NCBI RefSeq assembly: GCF_001677475.2
Contig: NZ_CP015229.1
Length of the DNA stretch: 64,000 nucleotides
From: Escherichia coli
GTDB lineage: Bacteria > Pseudomonadota > Gammaproteobacteria > Enterobacterales > Enterobacteriaceae
Direction: 5' to 3' (one strand)
Under the pieces are notes generated by a model that made no database searches, was not told the DNA's origin, and saw only the letters and a list, made by a program, of their open reading frames with translations. The translations under genes and the position numbers were made by a program. Positions 31,977 to 44,211 of this stretch are shown here, one piece after another. The stretch's first letter is position 1, and each line of letters opens with the position of its first letter.

Positions 31977-33393
31977 GATGATTCTCCTTTGCGACGATCT
32001 CAGCCAGTGCACGTATAGCGGCGACAAAACAGGCCATCGGCGCAGTGGTGATCCCGGCACCAATTTGCCCGACTCCCGCTTGTTTGTGGGCGATACCCGT
32101 ATTGATGACCGGTAAAATGCCGCGATCGGTAACTTTACGCGCATCAATCCCTGCTGCGGTGGGGGCAAAATTGAGGGCAGGAAGTGTAAATGCGGGGTTA
32201 CCGCCGAGGGTGATTGCCTGCATCCGACGGCTGTTATTGGTGGCATCGGCAGGTGTGCCTCCCACAAATTTAACGATTGCCGGAGATGACGCCATCGCGA
32301 AGCCACCTACACCAGCGGTTTCGGTAATTGCGCTATCGCCCAAGTCAGCAGCGGCGTCGTCAACGCCAAATCCAGGGAAGAACAGACCTTCAACTGCATT
32401 GGCGGGAGCCTGGAACCAGCGATCGCCAGTACCGGAAAGCCGAATACCAAAATTCACCCCGTTACGCGCCATCACCGTAACCATTGAACTGAACGGTACA
32501 TTGGCGGCGGCATCCATCATTGCTTTACAGGCAGCCATCGACAGATTGAGGAAGAAGTGATCGTTACCGGTGATAAATGCTACGACGCGCTGGATATGTT
32601 CCTGTGGAAGAGAGCGGGCCAGCAATGCCGGGATCAGACGCTTAATCAGCAAACCGGTAGCGGCAGCATTGCGGTTATGAACTTCATCCCCCATATGTAG
32701 CGCCTGCGCCATTAATGGCTTGAGTTCCAGCTCGCCGTGTTGTGCGATTGCTGCTTTCATTGCCGGAGCCAGTTCATCGCGCATCCAGGCCAGACGATTG
32801 AGAACTTCGTCGTTATTGGCGCCAAAACGGAGAACCTTACCCAGACCTTCATTGAAATTACTAAAAGTACGATGACCGTTGGTTTTATTTTCCACCACCC
32901 ATAACGGCATTGACGGGCTGATGATGCCTGCCATTGGTCCAACCGCGTGATAATGATGACAAGGGGCAAGGTCGATTTCGCCTGCGTTTATCTGGTTTTC
33001 TGCGTCTTGCTGGCTGGTGGCCCAACCTTCGTACAGCATGGCACCAATAATCGCCCCTTTTACCGGACCACACATCTCTTCCCAGGTAATCGGCGGGCCA
33101 GAGTGCAAAATACGTTTTTGTTCAGCCATTGCTGGAATGGCCTCTTTAGCGAGCATGACATCCACCAGCACGGGCTGTGCTTCGAGATAACGTGTCATGG
33201 CGATTTGGTTGGCATTTTCTACCAGTGGATGACGTAGCAACGATGCCAGATCCAATCCAGCGTCAATATCGCCTTGTGCTGGTGGCTGCCAGTTGAGTGC
33301 AATTGCGCTTCCCCCGGCATGTTGAATATTGTCAGCAAAACTGTGTAGTCCCGCGTTCACGACCTTCAAAGACTGATTAAATAAGGTATTCAT
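31969..33393 (-). CDS. DUF1116 protein, YahG/YlbE-like (island)
   Basis: ORF 31969-33444; start at MNTLFNQSLKVVNAG (474 aa) forms ATGA overlap with FdrA-like stop. Confidence 0.8.
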   Translation of the reverse strand: MNTLFNQSLKVVNAGLHSFADNIQHAGGSAIALNWQPPAQGDIDAGLDLASLLRHPLVENANQIAMTRYLEAQPVLVDVMLAKEAIPAMAEQKRILHSGPPITWEEMCGPVKGAIIGAMLYEGWATSQQDAENQINAGEIDLAPCHHYHAVGPMAGIISPSMPLWVVENKTNGHRTFSNFNEGLGKVLRFGANNDEVLNRLAWMRDELAPAMKAAIAQHGELELKPLMAQALHMGDEVHNRNAAATGLLIKRLIPALLARSLPQEHIQRVVAFITGNDHFFLNLSMAACKAMMDAAANVPFSSMVTVMARNGVNFGIRLSGTGDRWFQAPANAVEGLFFPGFGVDDAAADLGDSAITETAGVGGFAMASSPAIVKFVGGTPADATNNSRRMQAITLGGNPAFTLPALNFAPTAAGIDARKVTDRGILPVINTGIAHKQAGVGQIGAGITTAPMACFVAAIRALAEIVAKENHHG

Positions 33394-34949
33394 GCGTTTA
33401 GCCCCTTTTTCTGCAACTGAGTCTGTGCAACGGTGCTGGCCCATAGCGCCGCCTGTGCATTGCTGCTGGCGATGATGACCCCTGCATTTTGTAGTGCGCT
33501 TATCTGCTGGCTGCGTATTTGCGGATCAGCTTCCGTTCCGCAAACGTGCGCAATCAGCAACGGTGCGTTATTCATGTCGATGTGTGAAAGTTGGTCCAGT
33601 AATTCGCTGGCAGGCGTCGTGGAAGCGCCATAACCAAGTACCAGGTCGAATAACACGACGGCAGTGTGTGAGTCGTTGAGTTCGTTGAGCAGACGTTGAT
33701 TGCGCAGAGTCGGATCGATCATTGGATGCGGTTTGCCACGGGTGAAATCATCGTCGCCCATATCGATCAACGTGTGATCTTCGCTTTGCCAGATATTTGC
33801 CAGAGCACGATTACCCGCAACTGGCGTATTGGAAGCTGCGCTGAATCCCTTTTGTTGGCAGATAAGTTGCGCTTCGTAGCAGAAGGTTCCTCCGGCGAAA
33901 ACACCGCGTATCGCCTGGCGATGGGCTGGCAGGCGCTGGCAGGCGTTTTGTAACATTGTGAGATCGTCGCAGGGTACATCGGTTTCGACAGCCGGAAATG
34001 GCTGAGCATTCAGTAACGCCACAGCGATGTCGGCGGCGCTGGCAAGTGTGGTGGCGGCAGTGATATTGGGACGTGCCAGATCATGCGGATTCGCCCCGAG
34101 GAAATTCACCACCACGGGTTTTCCACAAGCCTCGGCGCGCTCCAGAATAGTCCGGGCAACGATCGGTGAAGGCGGTTTTGAAATAAGCACAATCACGCGA
34201 GTTTCATCGTCTTGCGCCAGCGCATCTAAAGCGAAGAGCATCGATATTCCACTAATCTCTTCACTGAGATCATGTCCGCCTGTTCCCAACGCCTGAGAAA
34301 TACCCGCTCCGAGCTGGTCGATTCGGCAAGTCACTTCCTGTAGCCCGGTGCCTGACGCGCCAATAACACCAATCGCTCCACGTTTCACCACATTGGCGAA
34401 GCCTAACGGAATGCCGTTAACGATGGCGGTTCCACAGTCAGGTCCCATTACGATGCGCTGACGTTCTCGGGCAAGTGTTTTGATGGATTTTTCCTGCGCG
34501 ATACTGACGTTATCGCTGAACATCATCACGTTCATTCCGAGGTTTAACGCTTTAATTGCTTCGGCGGCGGCGTAGTCTCCCGGTACAGAAATGAGTGCCA
34601 GGTTGGCTTCGGGTTCGGCTTCCAGTGCCATTTCCAGGCTGACCTTTTCCGGTGTTTTAATGCCACTACCCGTTTCATCATCGGGTTTGCTGGTCAGACG
34701 TTGCTGGGCCAGTACCAGTGCTTCATTGCAAATATCTTCTTCACCCATGACTGCAATCACTAAATCATTGGGACTGGCGTTGATTTCGTTACCCAGACCC
34801 ACATCGCGCAATTGTTCGAGATTATTGGGTGTTCCCATGACGACCGAAGCCTGTTGAATACCGGGCAATTTGCTGATTTGCGCGGAAATCTGCATCAGAG
34901 AAACCGAGTCCTGATAAAGATTGCTGAGAACTTTATGTTTAACTTTCAT
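33390..34949 (-). CDS. FdrA/YahF-like protein (succinyl-CoA-synthetase-alpha-like CoA-binding fold) (island)
   Basis: 519-aa ORF; GxGxxG-type glycine-rich segments VIGASGTGLQEV, LGTGGHDL. Confidence 0.8.
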   Translation of the reverse strand: MKVKHKVLSNLYQDSVSLMQISAQISKLPGIQQASVVMGTPNNLEQLRDVGLGNEINASPNDLVIAVMGEEDICNEALVLAQQRLTSKPDDETGSGIKTPEKVSLEMALEAEPEANLALISVPGDYAAAEAIKALNLGMNVMMFSDNVSIAQEKSIKTLARERQRIVMGPDCGTAIVNGIPLGFANVVKRGAIGVIGASGTGLQEVTCRIDQLGAGISQALGTGGHDLSEEISGISMLFALDALAQDDETRVIVLISKPPSPIVARTILERAEACGKPVVVNFLGANPHDLARPNITAATTLASAADIAVALLNAQPFPAVETDVPCDDLTMLQNACQRLPAHRQAIRGVFAGGTFCYEAQLICQQKGFSAASNTPVAGNRALANIWQSEDHTLIDMGDDDFTRGKPHPMIDPTLRNQRLLNELNDSHTAVVLFDLVLGYGASTTPASELLDQLSHIDMNNAPLLIAHVCGTEADPQIRSQQISALQNAGVIIASSNAQAALWASTVAQTQLQKKGLNA

Positions 34950-35043
34950 GCTGTTACGCCTGTTTCATTCCGCCCGATAGTAAAATTCGGGCAAAGCATC
35001 CCCGTGTAGCGCCATAAATGAGCTACAGGAGAAAAGGTTGAAA

Positions 35044-35904
35044 TCAATTCATGGTGTTCAGGGTTCGAAAGCCATGCAGCATTCCTGCAAGGCAATCCAC
35101 TCCTGACGTTGCGCCAAATTGCATGACCTGTTCTGCACAGGATGCGATTGTCATTGCCGATGCGCCCCCAACCAGTTGTGCGAGTAACTGGCAAATCGGT
35201 TCTGAAAAATGCCCCCGAAGCGCACGCTCCAGATAATGACGACTGATGTCAGTGGTGTTGTGCGCATGTTGATCAATTGCCTGCTGCAACCGGTATTGAT
35301 GAGCGGCAAGTGGTGCAGGTAGTTGCCATAACCAGAGCGCTGCCAGATAGCCCAACAAATAGTCATCTCCATCGGGAGTTAAGCCTTTGCCAAAGCCGAT
35401 CAGTTGTGGCACCTGGCGTTCCAGCGCATCTGGATGTTCCATAATCTCTAATCCCTGGTGCGTGAGACTATCCGGCAGGTGCAATGTGCTTTGAACGTTA
35501 TGCTCCAGACAAAATAAAAGCCGTTGCGATGCCATCGTTGGGTAGTGCTGGAAAACCAAAGGGAACGCCTCAAGTGTCAGCCTTCCTCCCACAAATGACG
35601 GCTGCCAGAGCGTTGCGTTATCGAGAGCCACACAAAAGCGAGGTGTCTGCAGCAAGCCTGGGGTTAACTGAACGGGATCGGAATGGGCAATCTCTCTTCG
35701 CCAGTCCCAACGCTTAGGCAGCCAGACTCTGGCAGCATCAGGGAGATTCAGATACGTTTGCGCACACAACAGGGTGATGAATGTTCCCGCTTCTGAATAC
35801 AGATTTACCGCATGTTTAAAAGCACTGTGCAGACGTAAATCTTGCGTTTCATTCCACGGGAAAAGATATCCCAACGACGATGCGCAAAGCGTAACCTGTA
35901 CCAT
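35044..35904 (-). CDS. DUF2877 protein, YahE/YlbF-like (island)
   Basis: 286-aa ORF located where yahE/ylbF sit relative to FdrA-like genes; 5-nt gap to upstream gene. Confidence 0.65.
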   Translation of the reverse strand: MVQVTLCASSLGYLFPWNETQDLRLHSAFKHAVNLYSEAGTFITLLCAQTYLNLPDAARVWLPKRWDWRREIAHSDPVQLTPGLLQTPRFCVALDNATLWQPSFVGGRLTLEAFPLVFQHYPTMASQRLLFCLEHNVQSTLHLPDSLTHQGLEIMEHPDALERQVPQLIGFGKGLTPDGDDYLLGYLAALWLWQLPAPLAAHQYRLQQAIDQHAHNTTDISRHYLERALRGHFSEPICQLLAQLVGGASAMTIASCAEQVMQFGATSGVDCLAGMLHGFRTLNTMN

Positions 35905-35909
35905 CGGTG

Positions 35910-36578
35910 TTAGCCTTCCAGGCCTGCAATAATGGCTTTGGAATCAGTAACCCAACCGAAAATGGCACCTTGTGCTTTGATCATCTCCAGGGCGTATTTC
36001 TGGAATTCCGGGAAATAGGAGCCAACGCAATCTTCCGGGATGATGCACTCATAACCACGATCATTCGCTTCGCGCACGGTGGTGGTCACACAGACTTCCG
36101 TGGTTACTCCGCAAACAATCAGCGTTTTGATGCCGTGGTTTTGCAAAATCAGATGTAAGTCGGTTTGATAAAAAGCGCCTTTGCCGGGTTTATCAATCAC
36201 CGGTTCGCCTGCGACCGGGTACAGTTCAGGAATGATGTCATGACCTGCTTCACCTCTGACCAGAATGCGCCCCATCGGGCCTGCTTCACCAATAAAGGTT
36301 TTACCGCCGCGCGTCAGTTTGGCTGGTGGGCAGTCGCTTAAGTCTGCACGATGGCCTTCACGGGTATGAATAACCATAATTCCTTTTTGACGTGCGGCTG
36401 CCAGCACCTCTGTACATGGAGCGATAGCCGTGCGTACCAGTGAAACATCATTGCCCAGTGCCTCACCGAAGCCCCCTGCTTCGACAAAGTCACGCTGCAT
36501 GTCGATCATGACCAGTGCAGTTGTGCGCGGATCAAAAGGTAATTCAAAGGGTTGAGCCTGAAAAATGGATTGCGTCAT
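35910..36578 (-). CDS. Isochorismatase-family cysteine amidohydrolase (island, first gene of operon)
   Basis: 222-aa ORF; LVMIDMQRDF, conserved Cys in LIVCGVTTEVCV; good SD GGAGA upstream. Confidence 0.8.
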   Translation of the reverse strand: MTQSIFQAQPFELPFDPRTTALVMIDMQRDFVEAGGFGEALGNDVSLVRTAIAPCTEVLAAARQKGIMVIHTREGHRADLSDCPPAKLTRGGKTFIGEAGPMGRILVRGEAGHDIIPELYPVAGEPVIDKPGKGAFYQTDLHLILQNHGIKTLIVCGVTTEVCVTTTVREANDRGYECIIPEDCVGSYFPEFQKYALEMIKAQGAIFGWVTDSKAIIAGLEG

Positions 36579-36665
36579 GGTAAATCTCCTGTCTGATGTT
36601 TAAACGATCCAGTTGTTCTGAGAACGAGTATTCAGGAGAAAAGCGGCACAAAACAGGAAAAAAGT

Positions 36666-36772
36666 TTGCCGCACAGCAACGAAATTTTTGCATTCAGCAG
36701 GCGGCGTGATGACGAATGTGAAGGGGGTCAAATCGTGGCATACAGCAACAAAATTTTTGATGCTGTATGGTT
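36666..36772. promoter_or_regulatory. Island operon promoter/operator region with two copies of a palindromic motif (ACAGCAAC-R-AAATTTTTG) 70 bp apart
   Basis: Direct reading: copies at ~36673-36692 and ~36743-36762; second copy within 9-bp inverted repeat CATACAGCA-N13-TGCTGTATG. Confidence 0.4.
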
Positions 36773-36835
36773 TTGAGTTTAAAAAAATCGTTGAAATTGT
36801 GTGAGCTTAAGCACCTGAGTTAGCTGCTATGGTGG

Positions 36836-37645
36836 TTATTTTTTAACACCATACTGCTTAAACCACTCCAGCATACGCTGCCAGCCATCTTTTGCAGATG
36901 CGGCATGATAGCTCGGGCGATAATCAGCGTTGAATGCATGCCCGGCGTCCGGGTACACGATAATCTCTGCTTTCGCATTAGCAGCCCGCAGCGCCTGGCG
37001 CATGGTTTCAACGCTCTCCTGCGGAATGCTGTTATCCTGACCACCATATAAGCCGAGAACCGGCGCGTTAAGATCGGTTGCGATATCAACAGGTTGTTTC
37101 GGTGAATTCAGCGACTTATCGCCTGTCAGTTTGCCGTACCATGCCACCGCCGCTTTCAGTTGCGGGTTATGCGCAGCATACAGCCAGGTGATACGTCCAC
37201 CCCAGCAGAATCCGGTGATCATTAAACGATGAACATCGCCGCCGTTGCGGGAAGCCCAACTGGCGACATGATCGAGATCGGCCAGCACCTGCGAGTCAGG
37301 CACTTTTGCTACCAGACCGCTAAGCAACGTGGGGATATCGGCAAAATCATTCGGATCGCCTTCGCGGAAGTAAAGTTCAGGTGCGATAGCCAGATATCCC
37401 TCCAGCGCCAGACGGCGACAAATGTCGCGGATATGTTCATGCACGCCAAAAATTTCCTGCACTACAATGACCACTGGCAGTGGGCCATCGCTTTGCTTTG
37501 GTCTGGCATGGTAAGCAGGCATGTTATCCCCTTGTGAGGGGATAGAGGTGAAGCCCGCCGCAATCGCGTCGTCCGGGGTCTGAACGATGGTCGAAGCGAG
37601 AGGCGATGCAGCAGGTGCAAATCCAGATTGTTGTGTTGTTGCCAT
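36836..37645 (-). CDS. ysgA: Dienelactone hydrolase-family protein YsgA
   Basis: ORF 36836-37711; start at MATTQQSGF; alpha/beta hydrolase. Confidence 0.85.
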   Translation of the reverse strand: MATTQQSGFAPAASPLASTIVQTPDDAIAAGFTSIPSQGDNMPAYHARPKQSDGPLPVVIVVQEIFGVHEHIRDICRRLALEGYLAIAPELYFREGDPNDFADIPTLLSGLVAKVPDSQVLADLDHVASWASRNGGDVHRLMITGFCWGGRITWLYAAHNPQLKAAVAWYGKLTGDKSLNSPKQPVDIATDLNAPVLGLYGGQDNSIPQESVETMRQALRAANAKAEIIVYPDAGHAFNADYRPSYHAASAKDGWQRMLEWFKQYGVKK

Positions 37646-37763
37646 GGTATTCTCCGTACCCTTATAAAAATGTTGCGCAATGTTAACTATAGTCAGCATG
37701 CAACAAATCACATTGCCTGAATCGGCTCATCTTTTATGCAGTCCTGCAGAATGAAGAGTGATT

Positions 37764-37840
37764 TATGTGATTTGCATCACTTTTGGTGGGTAAATTTATG
37801 CAACGCATTTGCGTCATGGTGATGAGTATCACGAAAAAAT
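37764..37840 (+). promoter_or_regulatory. udp promoter with CRP (and CytR) binding sites
   Basis: TGTGATTTGCATCAC near 37766-37780 and GGTGATGAGTATCACG near 37817-37838 match CRP consensus. Confidence 0.55.
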
Positions 37841-37906
37841 GTTAAACCCTTCGGTAAAGTGTCTTTTTGCTTCTTCTGACTAAACCGATTCACAGAGGAG
37901 TTGTAT

Positions 37907-38668
37907 ATGTCCAAGTCTGATGTTTTTCATCTCGGCCTCACTAAAAACGATTTACAAGGGGCTACGCTTGCCATCGTCCCTGGCGACCCGGATCGTGTGG
38001 AAAAGATCGCCGCGCTGATGGATAAGCCGGTTAAGCTGGCATCTCACCGCGAATTCACCACCTGGCGTGCAGAGCTGGATGGTAAACCTGTTATCGTCTG
38101 CTCTACCGGTATCGGCGGCCCGTCTACCTCTATTGCTGTTGAAGAGCTGGCACAGCTGGGCATTCGCACCTTCCTGCGTATCGGTACAACGGGCGCTATT
38201 CAGCCGCATATTAATGTGGGTGATGTCCTGGTTACCACGGCGTCTGTCCGTCTGGATGGCGCGAGCCTGCACTTCGCACCGCTGGAATTCCCGGCTGTCG
38301 CTGATTTCGAATGTACGACTGCGCTGGTTGAGGCTGCGAAATCCATCGGCGCGACGACTCACGTTGGCGTGACGGCTTCTTCTGATACCTTCTACCCAGG
38401 TCAGGAACGTTACGATACTTACTCTGGTCGCGTAGTTCGTCACTTTAAAGGTTCTATGGAAGAGTGGCAGGCGATGGGCGTAATGAACTATGAAATGGAA
38501 TCTGCAACCCTGCTGACCATGTGTGCAAGTCAGGGTCTACGTGCCGGTATGGTAGCGGGTGTTATCGTTAACCGCACCCAGCAAGAGATCCCGAATGCTG
38601 AGACGATGAAACAAACTGAAAGCCAAGCGGTGAAAATCGTGGTGGAAGCGGCGCGTCGTCTGCTGTAA
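37907..38668 (+). CDS. udp: Uridine phosphorylase
   Basis: ORF 37901-38668; start at [11 protein letters not shown] gives 253 aa. Confidence 0.9.
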   Translation: MSKSDVFHLGLTKNDLQGATLAIVPGDPDRVEKIAALMDKPVKLASHREFTTWRAELDGKPVIVCSTGIGGPSTSIAVEELAQLGIRTFLRIGTTGAIQPHINVGDVLVTTASVRLDGASLHFAPLEFPAVADFECTTALVEAAKSIGATTHVGVTASSDTFYPGQERYDTYSGRVVRHFKGSMEEWQAMGVMNYEMESATLLTMCASQGLRAGMVAGVIVNRTQQEIPNAETMKQTESQAVKIVVEAARRLL

Positions 38669-38808
38669 TCCTCTTCTCCTGTCTGAAGGCCGACGCGTTC
38701 GGCCTTTTGTATTTTTGCGTAGCGCCTCGCAGGAAATGCCTTTCCAACTGGACGTTTGTACAGCACAATTCTATTTTGTGCGGGTAAGTTGTTGCGTCAG
38801 GAGGCGTT

Positions 38809-40236
38809 GTGGATTTCTCAATCATGGTTTACGCAGTTATTGCGTTGGTGGGTGTGGCAATTGGCTGGCTGTTTGCCAGTTATCAACATGCGCAGCAAAA
38901 AGCCGAGCAATTAGCTGAACGTGAAGAGATGGTCGCGGAGTTAAGCGCGGCAAAACAACAAATTACCCAAAGTGAGCACTGGCGCGCTGAGTGCGAGTTA
39001 CTCAATAACGAAGTGCGCAGCCTGCAAAGTATTAACACCTCTCTGGAGGCCGATCTGCGTGAAGTAACCACGCGGATGGAAGCCGCACAGCAACATGCTG
39101 ACGATAAAATTCGCCAGATGATTAACAGCGAGCAGCGCCTCAGTGAGCAGTTTGAAAACCTCGCCAACCGTATTTTTGAGCACAGCAATCGCCGGGTTGA
39201 TGAGCAAAACCGTCAGAGTCTGAACAGCCTGTTGTCGCCGCTACGTGAACAACTGGACGGTTTCCGCCGTCAGGTTCAGGACAGCTTCGGTAAAGAAGCA
39301 CAAGAACGCCATACCCTGACCCACGAAATTCGCAATCTCCAGCAACTCAACGCGCAAATGGCCCAGGAGGCGATCAACCTGACGCGCGCGCTGAAAGGCG
39401 ACAATAAAACTCAGGGCAACTGGGGCGAGGTAGTATTGACGCGGGTGCTGGAGGCTTCCGGTCTGCGTGAAGGGTATGAATATGAAACCCAGGTCAGCAT
39501 CGAAAATGACGCCCGCTCGCGGATGCAGCCGGATGTCATCGTGCGGCTGCCGCAGGGAAAAGATGTGGTGATCGACGCCAAAATGACGCTGGTCGCCTAT
39601 GAACGCTATTTTAACGCCGATGACGACTACACCCGCGAAAGCGCGCTACAGGAACATATCGCGTCGGTGCGTAACCATATCCGTTTGCTGGGACGCAAAG
39701 ATTATCAACAGCTGCCGGGGCTGCGAACCCTGGATTACGTGCTGATGTTTATTCCCGTTGAACCCGCTTTTTTACTGGCGCTTGACCGCCAGCCGGAGCT
39801 GATCACCGAAGCGTTGAAAAACAATATCATGCTGGTTAGCCCGACCACGCTGCTGGTGGCGCTGCGCACTATCGCCAACCTCTGGCGCTATGAGCATCAA
39901 AGTCGTAACGCCCAGAAAATAGCCGATCACGCCAGCAAGCTGTACGACAAGATGCGTTTGTTCGTCGATGACATGTCAGCGATTGGTCAAAGTCTCGACA
40001 AAGCGCAGGATAACTACCGCCAGGCAATGAAAAAACTCTCTTCAGGTCGCGGAAATGTGCTGGCGCAGGCAGAAGCGTTCCGCGGTTTAGGAGTAGAAAT
40101 TAAACGCGAGATTAATCCGGATTTGGCTGAACAGGCGGTGAGCCAGGATGAAGAGTATCGACTTCGGTCGGTTCCGGAGCAGCCGAATGATGAAGCTTAT
40201 CAACGCGATGATGAATATAATCAGCAGTCGCGCTAG
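38809..40236 (+). CDS. rmuC: DNA recombination protein RmuC
   Basis: 475-aa ORF with N-terminal TM helix and long coiled coil. Confidence 0.9.
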   Translation: MDFSIMVYAVIALVGVAIGWLFASYQHAQQKAEQLAEREEMVAELSAAKQQITQSEHWRAECELLNNEVRSLQSINTSLEADLREVTTRMEAAQQHADDKIRQMINSEQRLSEQFENLANRIFEHSNRRVDEQNRQSLNSLLSPLREQLDGFRRQVQDSFGKEAQERHTLTHEIRNLQQLNAQMAQEAINLTRALKGDNKTQGNWGEVVLTRVLEASGLREGYEYETQVSIENDARSRMQPDVIVRLPQGKDVVIDAKMTLVAYERYFNADDDYTRESALQEHIASVRNHIRLLGRKDYQQLPGLRTLDYVLMFIPVEPAFLLALDRQPELITEALKNNIMLVSPTTLLVALRTIANLWRYEHQSRNAQKIADHASKLYDKMRLFVDDMSAIGQSLDKAQDNYRQAMKKLSSGRGNVLAQAEAFRGLGVEIKREINPDLAEQAVSQDEEYRLRSVPEQPNDEAYQRDDEYNQQSR

Positions 40237-40330
40237 CCCATTGGGGGTAGTTAAGCCGGGTAGAAATCTAGGGCATCGACGCCCAATCTGTTACACTTCT
40301 GGAACAATTTTTTGATGAGCAGGCATTGAG

Positions 40331-41086
40331 ATGGTGGATAAGTCACAAGAAACGACGCACTTTGGTTTTCAGACCGTCGCGAAGGAACAAAAAGCGGATA
40401 TGGTCGCCCACGTTTTCCATTCCGTGGCATCAAAATACGATGTCATGAATGATTTGATGTCATTCGGTATTCATCGTTTGTGGAAGCGATTCACGATTGA
40501 TTGCAGCGGCGTACGTCGTGGGCAGACCGTGCTGGATCTGGCTGGTGGTACCGGTGACCTGACAGCGAAATTCTCCCGCCTGGTCGGTGAAACTGGCAAA
40601 GTGGTCCTTGCTGATATCAATGAATCTATGCTCAAAATGGGGCGCGAGAAACTGCGTAATATCGGCGTGATTGGCAACGTTGAGTATGTTCAGGCGAACG
40701 CCGAGGCGCTGCCGTTCCCGGATAACACCTTTGATTGCATCACCATTTCGTTTGGTCTGCGTAACGTCACCGACAAAGATAAAGCACTACGTTCAATGTA
40801 TCGCGTGCTGAAACCCGGCGGCCGCCTGCTGGTGCTTGAGTTCTCGAAACCGATTATCGAACCATTAAGCAAAGCTTATGACGCTTACTCCTTCCATGTT
40901 CTGCCGCGTATTGGCTCGCTGGTCGCGAATGACGCCGACAGCTACCGTTATCTGGCTGAATCCATCCGTATGCATCCCGATCAGGATACTCTGAAAGCCA
41001 TGATGCAAGATGCCGGATTCGAAAGTGTCGATTATTACAACCTGACGGCTGGCGTTGTGGCGCTGCATCGTGGGTATAAGTTCTGA
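40331..41086 (+). CDS. ubiE: Ubiquinone/menaquinone C-methyltransferase
   Basis: 251-aa ORF, SAM-binding motif LDLAGGTGD. Confidence 0.95.
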
Positions 41087-41099
41087 CAGGAGACCGGAA

Positions 41100-43342
<2,243 letters not shown>

Positions 43343-43420
43343 TTTTTTCATCGCTCAAGGCGGGCCGTGTAACGTATAATGCGGCCTTGTTTAATCATCA
43401 TCTACCACAGAGGAACATGT

Positions 43421-43690
43421 ATGGGTGGTATCAGTATTTGGCAGTTATTGATTATTGCCGTCATCGTTGTACTGCTTTTTGGCACCAAAAAGCTCGGCTC
43501 CATCGGTTCCGATCTTGGTGCGTCGATCAAAGGCTTTAAAAAAGCAATGAGCGATGATGAACCAAAGCAGGATAAAACCAGTCAGGATGCTGATTTTACT
43601 GCGAAAACTATCGCCGATAAGCAGGCGGATACGAATCAGGAACAGGCTAAAACAGAAGACGCGAAGCGCCACGATAAAGAGCAGGTGTAA
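43421..43690 (+). CDS. tatA: Twin-arginine translocase subunit TatA
   Basis: ORF 43379-43690; start at [26 protein letters not shown] gives 89 aa. Confidence 0.9.
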   Translation: MGGISIWQLLIIAVIVVLLFGTKKLGSIGSDLGASIKGFKKAMSDDEPKQDKTSQDADFTAKTIADKQADTNQEQAKTEDAKRHDKEQV

Positions 43691-43693
43691 TCC

Positions 43694-44209
43694 GTGTTTG
43701 ATATCGGTTTTAGCGAACTGCTATTGGTGTTCATCATCGGCCTCGTCGTTCTGGGGCCGCAACGACTGCCTGTGGCTGTAAAAACGGTCGCGGGCTGGAT
43801 TCGCGCGTTGCGTTCACTGGCGACAACGGTGCAGAACGAACTGACCCAGGAGTTAAAACTCCAGGAGTTTCAGGACAGTCTGAAAAAGGTTGAAAAGGCG
43901 AGCCTCACTAACCTGACGCCCGAACTGAAAGCGTCGATGGATGAACTACGCCAGGCCGCGGAGTCGATGAAGCGTTCCTACGTTGCAAACGATCCTGAAA
44001 AGGCGAGTGATGAAGCGCACACCATCCACAACCCGGTGGTGAAAGACAATGAAGCTGCGCATGAAGGCGTAACGCCTGCTGCTGCACAAACGCAGGCCAG
44101 TTCGCCGGAACAGAAGCCAGAAACCACGCCAGAGCCGGTGGTAAAACCTGCTGCGGACGCTGAACCGAAAACCGCTGCACCTTCCCCTTCGTCGAGTGAT
44201 AAACCGTAA
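43694..44209 (+). CDS. tatB: Twin-arginine translocase subunit TatB
   Basis: 171-aa ORF (GTG start) [26 protein letters not shown]. Confidence 0.9.
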
Positions 44210-44211
44210 AC

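Noticed and set aside
31977-32306. N-terminal 110-codon extension of the carbamate kinase ORF in the ORF track (428 aa from a GTG)
   Set aside because: The extension overlaps the 3' end of the DUF1116 gene in another frame and has no kinase similarity; the conserved N-terminus begins at the internal ATG (MVKPLAVVAVGGNAL).
33394-33444. 17-codon N-terminal extension of the DUF1116 ORF (MGQHRCTD...)
   Set aside because: The internal ATG forms a typical ATGA overlap with the FdrA-like stop; the extension would overlap FdrA-like coding sequence.
28391-36578. Possibility that the metE-ysgA island is a prophage, integrative element or defence island
   Set aside because: No integrase, transposase, phage structural genes, att-like repeats or defence-type domains (nucleases, helicases, toxin-antitoxin) were seen; all genes are metabolic, transport or regulatory.
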